Source: Octopus vulgaris (taxonomy: Eukaryota). Taken from it: a DNA stretch of 64,000 bases. The translations under genes were made by a program, and so were the position numbers. Within the stretch, counting starts at the first letter, position 1. Every line of letters begins with the position of its first letter. The notes beneath the pieces were generated by a model, which did not search any database, had not been told where the DNA came from, and saw only the letters and a list, made by a program, of their open reading frames with translations. The DNA lies in contig OX597820.1 in the NCBI GenBank assembly GCA_951406725.2, positions 40,052,001 through 40,116,000 of the forward strand, given 5' to 3'. Below, in pieces: positions 1-12,055 of this stretch.

Positions 1-336
1 TGTGTGCATAATTTGGTTAATATTCTGTTGTAATACATTATATATTGTAATAATATTCAGTCTCTTTTGTACCAAATGAGTATTTTTGTACCAAATGAGT
101 CATTTTGTACACATGGGAATATTTACATATGCACACTATTGACCTATACATGCAAATATCTGTTGTTCATTATCATTGTATGTGGCACGCTTAACATCAT
201 ATTCTTCCTAAAACAGTTATTCGTAGGGATTACTGCGTCTTCATGCATCATGTATCGGAATGTGGAAACTTAAAAAAGGCAAAAATAATCCGAAGACTGC
301 GAGGAAGCTTATAACGTTCATAGCTGACATATCTAC

Positions 337-403
<67 letters not shown>

Positions 404-424
404 GTACGTGTGTGTGTATGTATG

Positions 425-466
<42 letters not shown>

Positions 467-558
467 TGTAAGATTGTATGTATATATGTATATATATATA
501 TATATATACATATATGTAAGATTGTATGTATATATGTATATATATATACATGTATATA

Positions 559-593
<35 letters not shown>

Positions 594-691
594 TGATAAA
601 ACGGTAAGATAACAAAAGAAAGAAAGAGACCTCAATATTATGTAAATAGAGGAAATTTATCTATACAATATGTTACATTACTCGGTAGTCA

Positions 692-754
692 AGATAAAAC
701 TCTGAGTTTCAGATGCCGAAGTGGAAATCCACAACACCATCTCTTCGGTTATCT
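692..754 (-). ncRNA. Type I hammerhead-like ribozyme motif in Penelope pseudo-LTR
   Basis: Minus strand reads AGAUAA-CCGAAGA-GAUG...CAUCU-GAAACU-CAG-AGUU-UUAUCU; stems I, II and III can form; core has CCGA in place of CUGA. Confidence 0.55.
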
Positions 755-948
755 GGCTATTTGAAAACGTTATGAAAAAATACCGTTAAAAATGAAGGGA
801 AATTACTCTGTTATAACTCTGCTTTGCCTGCGTACTTATACATCGCTCGCATTTTTCGTCATAAAAATTATATAAAAATACATAAAAATATATAAAAATA
901 TATAAAAATATATAAAATCTTCTTGGGACATAACACAGAAAGCATGTT

Positions 949-1590
949 CTATCCGTTTTCTTTAGGGGACCAAAAACGTAACAGAAATTTAGTCACATGT
1001 GGGCATGATCCGAAAAGCTCTGTCCTTGTATTTAGACATGTGGTAGGGTCTAAGCTGCTTTTCCAGATAAGCCATCTCTCCATGTCGCATAAACCGCACC
1101 TTCCGCTGCCGTTAGTATAGGGCTTACATCTGGCCAAAATCTTCCATTGTATGTTATAATCGACACCTTTATCTCTTAAAGACCAAATATGATTGGATAA
1201 TTGTGTCGCTTTTCTTTTGTTCCAGTGCCTAAAGCTCAAAGTGTGGTTATTGAACCTGGCCTTGAAATTACCCTCTGTCAGGCCCACGTATTTCTTCGTC
1301 GAAACGGTGTCTTTAGTGGTTATAGAGTTTACGGTAGCTTCATATATGATGGTCTTGGACATGCAAGCTCCATTTAGCGGGCACAATTCTTTATTCCTGC
1401 ATGAACAGCTGTTTTCTTCTTGTGTTTTTTGTATGTTATGATTGATTATGTTTTTAAAATTGGTAGTTGAACTAAAACTAATTTTTAAATTGTGTCTATT
1501 GAAGAGTTTCCTATAAACATGGTTAACTGGAAAATGTCTATCTATCAGTGCTAGGAAATATTTACCTATATTGAAGGCCACCGTGGGTAA
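949..1590 (-). pseudogene. Penelope-like GIY-YIG endonuclease C-terminal region
   Basis: ORF 949..1650: CSCRNKELCPLNGAC (CxCx5Cx5C), IIYEATV...YVGLTEGNFKARFNNH, WKIL, CGLC...LNTRTELFGSCPH. The first ~20 codons come from the inverted pseudo-LTR. Confidence 0.85.
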
Positions 1591-1701
1591 TTTTTTCATA
1601 ACGTTTTCAAATAGCCAGATAACCGAAGAGATGGTGTTGTGGATTTCCACTTCGGCATCTGAAACTCAGATTTTTATCTTGACTACCGAGTAATGTAACA
1701 T

Positions 1702-1763
<62 letters not shown>

Positions 1764-1868
1764 TAGATAAACTTAGATATGTTTCGACCAAAGATTGGTC
1801 CAGGCCATGTCTAACTTAATAGCACCACCTGATAGGATCATTCGAATCCTGTTTAAGTCAAGTTTTGT

Positions 1869-3365
1869 TCAAGTAGTGAGTTCTTGTTGGGTGAGTTGTA
1901 TCCAGTTTTGTTCAAGTAGTGAGTTGTTGGGTGAGTTGTATCCAATTATGGGTGGCTTATCTGGTATTCTTTGAAGGAATCTATCCAGACTCTGTTTAAA
2001 GTTGATGGGATCCTTTTCCTCTTTGATCTCCCTCGGGACAATGTTAAATAGGGCAGGGTCTGTTGAGGAAAAGAAATTATGTTGCAGTGTACATGTATGT
2101 TGTGATCTTGAATTGGGCAGGGGACGTATAGCCCGTGGTCCAAGTCTTAGATGAACCTTGAAGCTAATGTTTAGGTCGTTTGGGCAAAGTTGGCGGTATA
2201 TTTTCCACATCGTACAAATGATGTACCGCTCACGGCGACGCTGGAGGGAGTAAAGTTTCAAGGCTTTAAGGCGATCCCAATAATCGAGAGCAGCCATGCC
2301 TTCAATTTGTTTGTCGTCAACAATTACACCCAGGTCTCTGATATTGTTAGAGGCTGTGAGCGGTTCCCCTGAAGGAAGAGAGTATGGTTGTTTTAGTGAG
2401 GAATTTCTTCCAAAATGCATCAGCTCAAATTTTCCCTCATTCAATTGCATTTTGTTTCTGTCTGCCCATTGACTCACAGCATATAGATCAGACTGGAGTT
2501 GAGTTCGGTCTGCTTCTTCATTGACGATTTGCTGGAGCTTAGTGTCATCAGCGAATATTTTCACTTTGCAGTAATGTACGACACTGGAAAGGTCGTTTAC
2601 GTAAATTATGAAGAGTAGCGGACCCAAAACAGTTCCCTGGGGAACACCGCTGGTGACTTTTGTTGGGTTTGAGTGGACTCCATCAACTACAACATGTGTT
2701 CTATTCGCCAGGAAATACTTAATCCAGTGTAGAACTTTTCCACGGATTCCAACATTTGCCAATTTTGAGAGTAGGATGTTATGGTCTACCCTGTCGAACG
2801 CTTTACTGAAGTCAAGATATATGACGTCAGAGTTCGAACATGTTCCCAAGGCTTTGAGTACATCTTCAATGTGGTGTAAGAGCTGTGTTAGACAGTCCCT
2901 GCCACAGCGAAAGCCATGCTGATTTGAATTTAGGAGTTTGTGGGTCTCCAGGACGTCAGCTATCCTTGATCTTAACACTCTTTCAAACACTTTAATGATG
3001 TGGGAGGTGAGTGAGATTGGGCGATAGTTGACTGCGAGGGATCTGTTTCCCTGTTTGAAAACCGGGATGACCGACTGGGATAGAAACTGTTTCTGTATAT
3101 AACCTGCGTCTAACGAATTTCTCCAGAGGTTGGTCAGAGGGACTGCAAGTTGATATCTACATTCCTTCAGGAGACTAGCGGGAAATCTATCAGGGCCTAC
3201 AGCAGAGTAATGTTTGACCTCATTTATTGCTGCTACGATGTCGGTGGCAGTGAAGGTTATGTCTGAGATTTTGTGTTGGGAGTCAACTTCGTTCGTTTCC
3301 ATTACGTCAATATCAGTGGGAACACTAAAGACAGAGCAGTATTGTTTCTGTAGTATTTCTGCCAT
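1869..3365 (-). pseudogene. LINE ORF2 reverse transcriptase domain
   Basis: YRPISLTS, QHGF, YLDFSKAFD, GVPQGTVLGPLLF, FADD, DLGV. Apparent internal deletion after DLGVIVDD; frameshifted relative to upstream ORF2. Confidence 0.92.
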
Positions 3366-3860
3366 TTCTTAGCATCGTGTTGGGGAATGCCGTTATCGTC
3401 AATCAGTGGCCCAATGGGTGAGACAGTGGTTCTATGCTTATTTCCATAAGAATAGAACACTTTTGGGTTCTGTTTGATGTTTTTGATTACCCATTGTTCC
3501 TCCACAGCTTTTTGATTTTCAATGGAGGTTTTCATGTTGGTCTGCAGATGAAGTTTTTCCAGCTCTAGTCTTTTCATTGTTGTCGAATGTGGATGTTGTG
3601 TGTGGGAATATTTTAATTGGTTGATTTTTTTGTTGAGTCTTTTGATGCGCCTGATGAGTGTTTTTTTCTTTTTAGGGAGCCGGTTTCTGTTTGTGTTAGT
3701 AGATTTCTTGGGAGCGTGTTTAGAGCATGTATAGGTGACAATGTTTTCAAAGTGCTGCCACGCGGTCTCAATATGAGAGGAATTGAGAGTAAAAGACCAG
3801 TCGATGGAAGACAGGTCCTTTCTGATTGTTCCCCAGTCCGCTTTGTGGACGTTTATGTTG

Positions 3861-4460
3861 TCAAATGGGTGCCATGGAGTGGGATTGGCTGGTTTGGTTT
3901 TTATGTCGGGAATTAAGATTGCAGAGTACCATGTCGTGGTTTGAGAGGAGAGTTTTTTCGACTGAAATGCTGTGAACGTAGCTAGAGTGATTGGTCAATA
4001 CCAGGTCCAAGATCGTTTTATTCTGTCTCGTTGGTTCAAGCACTAGCTGAGTCAGGAAATACTCATCCATCAGATTAAAGAGCAGTTCTGCTGCTGCTCT
4101 ATCTGATGTAGAGCACTTGCCTAACTTCAGAGTATTTGTGGGCCTGTTCACATGAGGGAGGTTAAAATCACCCATCACTAGTATGTTTCCGGAGTGGTAC
4201 TTCCGAAGGAACGACTTAACTTTGCTAAGGCACTCTTCAAAGTACTTTAGAGGTGCCTGGGGAGGCCTGTAAAGACCAACAATGGTTATGTCCTTGGCTT
4301 TGTTGTATAGTGATACCGATTCACAGTAGCCATTGGAAAATATGTCCTTGGCATCAAGTGAAACGGAGTCATGGATAAAGATGGCTGTCCCTCCCTTATT
4401 TCGGTCTGTGCGATCCGCACGAACAATGGTGAAATCTTTTATTTTCACCTCTGCGTCCAT
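3861..4460 (-). pseudogene. LINE ORF2 apurinic-type endonuclease domain
   Basis: RADR..GG, LYRPP, MGDFNLP, EPTR, LDLVLTN, SNH (degenerate SDH). Confidence 0.9.
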
Positions 4461-4496
4461 ATGGGTGTTGTTCAGGTTAATATATATATATATATA

Positions 4497-5019
4497 TATA
4501 TATAAAACTGTAGTTGTGTGAGTGTCTGTCCCCTTCGATTTAGATTCCTAACTACTCCCACATTTTGCGGTGCAGTTTAACCAAATTCGGGTATCTTATA
4601 GTCGTGATTCATATCGAGCCCGTCTGCGTATTAGCGCGCGTCTACGATGAGTCTACGATTTTAAAAATAATTTAACATCATTTTTATTCCATTTTAATGC
4701 ATAATTTTTCGTGTGTCGATGGCGGCGGAGTTGGCGTCCATGGTTACACCTGCACCTGTTTGCTTCTCCCCCTTCTTCCCTCCCTCGTGAAGCTGTGGGG
4801 AAGGGAGTGTAAGGAAATCAACGTTGTAATGCGTTGTCAAGGAGACCAGCGTTCTTTTAGAACAACGACTTCATGGCTTGAAGACACTGAGTCAACGATT
4901 TAAAAAAAAAATTACCATAAGTTTTTATTCCATTTTTAATGCATTTTTTTGCTATAGCTCTCTACAAATGCTTATATAGTTATTTCCTTTACAAACCCGA
5001 GCAACGCCGGGCGATTCTG
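4497..5019 (+). mobile_element. Non-autonomous Helitron-like element lacking the terminal CTAG
   Basis: Start TATATAAAACTGTAGTTGT and subterminal AAACCCGAGCAACGCCGGGC match the complete copy at 45713-46129. Confidence 0.65.
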
Positions 5020-5102
5020 ACTTGAAAGACTTCACCAGGTGGTGCTATTAAGTTAGACATGGCCTGGGCCAATAATGGCCGAAACCTATCAAAGTATCAA
5101 AG

Positions 5103-5103
<1 letters not shown>
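5020..5103 (+). mobile_element. 3' tail fragment of a CR1/L2-group LINE
   Basis: CAGGTGGTGCTATTAAGTTAGACATGGCCTGG is identical to the reverse complement of 1799-1830; hairpin followed by an (ATCAAAGT)2 tail. Confidence 0.8.
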
Positions 5104-5144
<41 letters not shown>

Positions 5145-5420
5145 CATATATATATATAATATAAGGAATATTAGCCAACTGAATATGGCTAGGGACAGGG
5201 CAGGGTGGTGGGGGTGTCACTGTTGCATTTAGCCCCAGGCGAACATCAACGTCACCAGATAGGCCGACGCCATTACGGCGTCCTCTATCTTGCAAAGGGA
5301 GATCATTCCCCAAGAAGCGGATACCACACACGGACCTAGGTTTCAAGGTGTATTGCCTATTATCAACGTGTGGTAGGCACCGCTTCTCGACGAACGATAT
5401 ATATATATATATATATATAT

Positions 5421-5596
5421 AACGGGAAGCTTTATGAAAATAGACAAAAGACGAAGGCAGGTGGAAAACAAACGAACAATTGTATTAGTATGGCGCTCAG
5501 GAAATATAAATAAAACAAGTCTTTAACGTTTCGAGCCTACGCTCTCCAACAGAAAGATACACAGAGAAAGAAAAAAAACACACGAAAATTTATTAG
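5421..5596 (-). repeat. Short (TA)n-embedded interspersed repeat (Penelope pseudo-LTR-like), copy 1
   Basis: Homologous to 21971-22160 and, inverted, to 28280-28418; contains a minimal hammerhead-like motif at 5520-5557. Confidence 0.65.
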
Positions 5597-6110
<514 letters not shown>

Positions 6111-6175
6111 TATTAGAGACAATCCTAAATCTGATTTTTTTCCCTGTAAATTTGGATTTATTCCCTAATATTTAT

Positions 6176-6216
<41 letters not shown>

Positions 6217-6256
6217 TATATATATTCATCAATGTGTATACATCTATCTGTCTATA

Positions 6257-6289
<33 letters not shown>

Positions 6290-6341
6290 GCCAATCTGTG
6301 TGTCTGCCTGTTTGTCTATCTAACTATCTATAAACGCAGAT

Positions 6342-6372
<31 letters not shown>

Positions 6373-6821
6373 TTCCTCACGCAACTTGATTACTTCCAGT
6401 TATGCCAATGCATGTAATGTCTTACATTTGAATTAAGATTGTAAGTGTTAATATCTAATTATACGTATTCATGGGATTAATTCGTATTCTTTGGATTAAT
6501 GCATAAATATTCATATTCATGGGAATCGAAATATGATACTTCACTATGTTAGATAGTAATAAAATAGCCTCCAGAGAGATGAGTAAACCATGAATGAATT
6601 ATCTAAAATTCTTGGGTGTGTAAACTGAATGAAATACATGTTTATGGAAGCAAACACATTTGTTTGTACCTGTAAAACGCTTGTAACCTAGTACGATCAG
6701 GCAAATGGTCAATGATGATGTTATCGCTAATATACATCTTATTTATATGCAAATGTAATCTATTAAATACACACACACGCGCGCGCGCGCACACACACAC
6801 ACACATACATATATATATATA

Positions 6822-6867
<46 letters not shown>

Positions 6868-7195
6868 TATGTGTGTGTGTGTGTTTTGTGTGATGGTTGT
6901 CTACTCCTTATGGTGGTTCTCTACTCAGGGTCTGACCACCTATTGCACTTACACCTGAGATCCATCATGGTGCCTGATGTGGTTTTTTTAACTGGACAAT
7001 GTATTGAAAAGAGACCAACATAGATTGCATATGTGATTTGGATCACCAAGCGTTCCAGTTAAGTTCTGATCTTTGTGGATCATAAAATGTATATGTATGA
7101 TAGATATACATACATACATACATACATATGCATATATACGTTGTGTGTATGTATATATATATATATATATACACAGTTATGACAATACCATACCA

Positions 7196-7700
7196 TATTT
7201 ATTCGATACGACCACCTCTCTTTCGAATTATAGACTCAAGTCTAAGTGCGAATGCTTCACACGCGGTACGCATTGTTCTTGCAGAATCGAAGCCTATTCC
7301 TTGCGTAGTTTTGCGTTCAGAGCATCAAGAAGCGCTCGAAAATGGACGAACCAGAAACAAAAAGCAACGGTTTGAGATGGAAGTTTCTTGAAGGCCATGC
7401 ATCATTGCTTATGAAAGACGGAATGCTTTTCTGAATAGTGTTGTGTTTGTTTGGAGTTGTGGGATGGTGCTGAGTTCTGTTGGAATCTATGAGGTGCACC
7501 ACGAAAGTGCTCATTTCCCTTTGGAAGCAGTTCGGCTTCTAGAATTCGGTAAATTATCGCTGGGTGTTAATTTTAACACCCTACAAAAAAATAACATGGG
7601 GAGACATTCCGGTGGATCTCTCAGCGGTTCAAACTATATTTGACTGTGGATTTTGACTTCGATTGATATGTCTACCCTCCCTCGACGGAATCAGATACAT
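7196..7700 (-). pseudogene. Decayed Tc1/mariner (DD37D/maT-like) transposase C-terminus
   Basis: Frameshifted minus-strand translation: GVKINT..ILEAELLP..FQQNSAPSH..IPSFISNDAWPS..LDALNAKLRKE..RTACEAFALRLESIIRKRGGRIE*. Confidence 0.7.
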
Positions 7701-7714
7701 TTCAATGTCGGTGA

Positions 7715-7924
7715 TTCAAATTTTGATAAAAGACCAGCAATTTAGTGGATAGGGATATGTCGATTACATCAACTCCAGTGTTCAACTGATATTTATCTTA
7801 TAGGTCCCGAAGGACGAAAGGCAAATTCAACCTTGTCGGAATTGGAACTCAAAATGTAAGGACGGACGAAATGCTGATAAGCATTTTGCTCGGTTTACTA
7901 ACATTACTTCCAGCTCGCCGCCTT
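7715..7924 (-). mobile_element. tRNA-derived SINE, family C (MetaSINE-like)
   Basis: Reverse complement has GGCGGCGAGCTGG head, GAGTTCCAATTCC, TTTGCCTTTC and GATGTAATCGAC, as in 10534-10745. Confidence 0.7.
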
Positions 7925-8049
7925 ATATCAAACAAATATTAATAATAATTGTTCAATATAAAATATATAAATTCTAGATGTTTCTCAAGGATCTTACACT
8001 TCTGCAAAGAATGATTAGAATGGTGTATTATAATTCTTGATTTAATTAT

Positions 8050-10300
8050 CAAACATAGGCTATTCACTCTAACAGAAACTTCTTTGTAAGTTTTGGAAAC
8101 AATACCTGTGACCTGCGACTACTTGTTGGACATATTGTAGCTGCTTCCTTAGGTCTGGTCTTTTTACGTGAACGATTGAAAAAGTTCAATTCTTCTGGAA
8201 CTATTTCTCTCCCTTTAAAGAAATGTTCTAGTAGAGGTGCCTGAATGTAATAACTGAGTAGATATTTCTGAGATAGCAACAAATTTTCAATGTTTGTGAA
8301 GAAAAATATCAGCTAAAGATTTCGGGATAGATTACCAGTACAGACTGTTTTGTTAGATTTATATAAATCACGAACTTTCATTATTTACTTTTTAGCTGTT
8401 TCATTTAAAAAAAGAAATTGCCATTTTGACTTTCTCGGGTATTGGTTATGATAGATCAAAGAGAGCGAAAGAAATATTTATTTCGAAAAGCTACCAACGA
8501 CGTCGGATAAAAGACTTTAAGACTCCAAAATGAATGTCTTGTATTTTGCTTTCTGACTAGATTTTGAAAACATTCAAGATCTTGTTTTCTTGGAAAAATA
8601 GCATCTATACACAGAACTATGAAATACTAAAATACTTAAAAAGAAATTACTAAAATAATTTTACCGGTGAGTGTGTTAATAATAAGGCACTAAAAGAGAA
8701 TGACTCTCCCCAGACACAACAGAATATGCTTCAACACACGAACTCATATAAAGAATCTTGCAAGCAAAATCCAAAAACGAAATACTAAAATAAGTTTTAA
8801 TCCTAAATCCAATCCTTGAGAAAGACGCATAGTTATAGAATGAATTGGAGAAAGAACATTTCAAATTATTTTGAACCATCTAGAATTTTGAAGCCTATAT
8901 AGCACGAGGCATCCATCCTTCTTAAGCCTAGGCTCCTGGCGCCATAAATACCCTGTTCTTGGCATCATTCCGAATTCCATCATGTAAAGAATAACAATTT
9001 GCAATAGTTTTCTGTAGTCAACACTTTGATATTTGGCTTTTAGAATGACTCTCAATAAGTTTAATATATTAATGGATAAAGGTTGCAAAGGATATGACAT
9101 TTCAACATCTTCATCTGCGATTTTACAATTATGTTGGCTGGAAGAAGATTAAGTGTTTGAAAATATTCAAAAATTGTAAAGGTAGGACTTTTAGATGAGC
9201 CAGTTGAAAAAATTTTGAGAACACACCTTCAAGCAAAAGTTCGAATGTATAATAACGACAAGCTAAAACAAAAATGTCATATCGAAGGTTTCACTGAATT
9301 AAAACACACACACCTCGAGATATTTATGTATGGGTATTTGTTGTATCGAATCAGAGTTTTAATCTGGTTGTATACACCATAGTCATTAAGGTTTCGACAA
9401 CAATTTCAGAGGTTTATTATGCCCTTGAATTCAAATCCTTGCATGAACTACAAGTTTACTACTGATATATCAAATAATAATATTTTTAAACATGTTTTGC
9501 AATCGTTAAATTTCTTTCAGTTTCAATAAATTCTTACATCTATTATCAGTCTCAGTCCAGAACAAGTAGATTTCTTGGATAAATAACTTTGTTATCAAAT
9601 TTCTAAAGCACGTTATTTCTTATATCTAATTATACCGACCGAATTGCAATTGGAATCAATAAAAAATTAATGGGTTCTTGTATTTGTTGAAGAACGAAAG
9701 ACAAATATACTTTGCTATTGTATCACACGTTTGTGTTCAGACTTGAGCAGCAATATCTACTGGTGGAGACTTGCCTCTTGAATTGCTTTCCGGTACAATT
9801 TTTCTCTGCTTCGCTTGCAGTTCGCAGGCGAATTTACATCATTAATTGACGCAGAACGTATCTGAATCTTTACTTTTCAAGTATTTATAAATTTTTTCAT
9901 CTCAGCCTTTTGAATGTATTCAACAATATGTCAATTTTTATTCTTCAACTTGATTCGGGTTGAGCTACTAGGAAATTTTGTCATATTAATTGTTTATAAA
10001 AATATGTGAAATTCTTCGACAATATCGAAAAGGCCACTTCGACAATCCTTAAATTTGTCTTGATTGTTATGCCCTTCTACTTTGGCGATTCACATTTTAT
10101 ACCACAAGGGAATGTGTTTCCGAATATTTGTTTCATATTTTGGTGGAAATATTTCCGTCATACAATGTTTTCCTAACGCGGTTTACCGCAGTTACGACTC
10201 TTTCCGACAAAGTATCAGTTTCTTCTCTGAAGATAAAACAAATATTTAAGAAATCCTCTTTCAATGGACAGTTTCCTGCAGGAATTAATGATGGTGATTA
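8050..10300 (-). pseudogene. Highly decayed DNA-transposon protein, possibly Academ-like
   Basis: Scattered minus-strand peptides (ICFIFREE; DEKIYKYLKSK; IRNDAKNRVFMAP; FLDFA..EAYSVVSG; INTLTGK) resemble Academ N-terminal motifs as recalled; many stops and frameshifts. Confidence 0.3.
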
Positions 10301-10533
10301 TCCAACAAATCAATGAATGTTTATGCTAATTTCTAAAGCAAAATGTCATTTTATTAATGTTTAAAGTACATAAGACTGAATGGATGAAAAATATGTATCT
10401 ATCATATACAAATGTGAAAGGAAAACATTGTTAGAATTGAATGAGAAAACATTTATTTAAAATGTCAAATATCGAAATCTATCGAAATCATTTGAGCATG
10501 TTTTAAAAAAATTAATTATGAAGAAGATATCAT

Positions 10534-10745
10534 GGTGGCGAGCTTGTAGAATCGTTAGCAAGCTGGTAAAATCGCTTAGCAGCATTATGTACGTCTTTAT
10601 GTTTTGAGTCCATGTTACACTGATATAGAATTTACCTTTCATCATTCAGGGTCGATAAATTGAGCACGAGTTCATTACTGGGGTCGATGTAATCGACTTA
10701 TCCTCTTCCCTAAAATTGCTAGCCTTGTAGCAAAATTAAAAACCA
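10534..10745 (+). mobile_element. tRNA-derived SINE, family C
   Basis: GGTGGCGAGCTTGTAGAATCGTTAGCA head; CCTTTCATC..GGGGTCGATAA..CTGGGGTCGATGTAATCGAC body. Confidence 0.75.
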
Positions 10746-10775
10746 GTAATTAAGAAATTGCAGGAAAGCCAATTA

Positions 10776-12055
10776 TCAGGTCATGCCATAAGTTCTGTCC
10801 AATTTTACCTTTTTTTAAAAATTGAATGAAATTTTAATAGTATTTTAGAATGTCTAATGGAATTGAAAATTAATTTTATGCATGTATGTACATTTAAACT
10901 AATTAAATATTATTTTACAGAATAATAGAATTAAAATTTCTTTGATAAAAACCCTTTCTAACATGGAAGCATCCAAAAAGCTTTTGAGGCACATAATGTT
11001 TTATGAGTACAAAAAAGGAAACTCTGCAGCCGAAGCGACTCGAAACATACACTCAGTTTATGGGAAAGAATGCTTGAATGAAAGAACTTGCAGAAGATGG
11101 TTTGCAAAATTCAGAAGTGGAGATTTCAGCCTTGAAGATTAAGATCGAACAGGACGTCCGGTTGAGTTCGATGATAAGCTCCTTGAGGCATTACATGAAG
11201 AAAATCCTGCATTATTAGTTGAAGAATTGGCAACAAAGCTTAGTTCAAACCATACAACTGTTCATCGTCATCTTCAACAACTTGGAAAGGTTCCTAAACT
11301 TGGAAAATGGGTACCTCATGAATAGTCGGAAAGCAACCACAAATCCCGAGTTGATATCTGCTCTTTTCTTCATTCTCGCGAACTCATTTCACTCTTTTGG
11401 GATAGACTTATGAGTGGTGACAGAAAATGGATCTTCTGTCGAAATGTTAAACGCCGTAACAGTGGTTTGGTAAAAGGGAGAAGGCTCAACCACAACCGAG
11501 AAAGGTACTTCATGGAAAAAAGGTTCTTCTCTCAATCTGGTGGGATTGCAACGGTGTAATTCACTTTGAATTGTTACCACCTAATGCAACACTCAATGCT
11601 CAAGTTTACTGTCAGCAATTAGAGCGTTTGAACCAAGCTTTGAAGACCCGCTTTAGAGAATCGAAAAGGAGTGATGTTTCGTCAGGATAATGCGCGACCC
11701 CAAACTGCAAAGATCACATCAAAGACGATCGAAGAACTTGGTTGAGAAAAAATTCCTCATCCAACTTATTCTCCCGACCTTGCTCCTTCAGACTACCATT
11801 TGTTTCGTAGCTTACAGAATCATTTGGAGGATATAACTTTCGCAAGCCCGAAGGAGTCGAAACTGACATTTCAGAGTATTTCGCTTGGAAGTCAAGGAGT
11901 TTTACATCGATGGGACTAAAACGCTTGTAAATAGATGGAAGGAAGTCATAGATAATCAGGGAAAGTACATTGATGATTAAATTTCAATTAAATATAACAT
12001 TTGATCACTTGTTTTCTGTATTCAAAATTCGGACAGAACTTATGGGATGATCTGA
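10776..12055 (+). mobile_element. Full-length mariner transposon (1280 bp), inactive
   Basis: TIR TCAGGTCATGCCATAAGTTCTGTCC and its inverse GGACAGAACTTATGGGATGATCTGA; TA on both sides. Confidence 0.93.
10963..11980 (+). pseudogene. mariner (DD34D) transposase pseudogene
   Basis: MEASKKLLRHIMFYEYKKG, RRWFAKFRSGDFSLED*, GKWVPHE*, SGDRKW, QDNARP, YSPDLAPSDYHLF; stops and frameshifts. Confidence 0.92.

Larger units (their letters stand above)
592..1709 (-). mobile_element. 5'-truncated Penelope-like retroelement (Naiad-like) with inverted pseudo-LTRs, embedded in (TA)n
   Basis: GIY-YIG ORF on the minus strand; segment 662-780 recurs as its reverse complement at 1591-1709; both ends abut (TA)n. 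Confidence 0.85.
1759..4478 (-). mobile_element. CR1/L2-group LINE, 5'-truncated and frameshifted, 3' end intact
   Basis: APE endonuclease and RT ORFs; 3' stem-loop GACCAAtctTTGGTC followed by an (ATCTAAGTTT)2 tail; flanked by (TA)n. Confidence 0.9.

Noticed and set aside
241-635. YIYI/IYIY, THTH, VCVC, LSIY and MYVC ORFs here and throughout the window
   Set aside because: Translations of (TA)n, (CA)n, (TATC)n and (TATG)n microsatellites, which lack stops in some frames.
780-948. SECIS element in the Naiad-like 3' UTR
   Set aside because: No in-frame TGA in the preserved ORF and no convincing SECIS stem after the ATGA.
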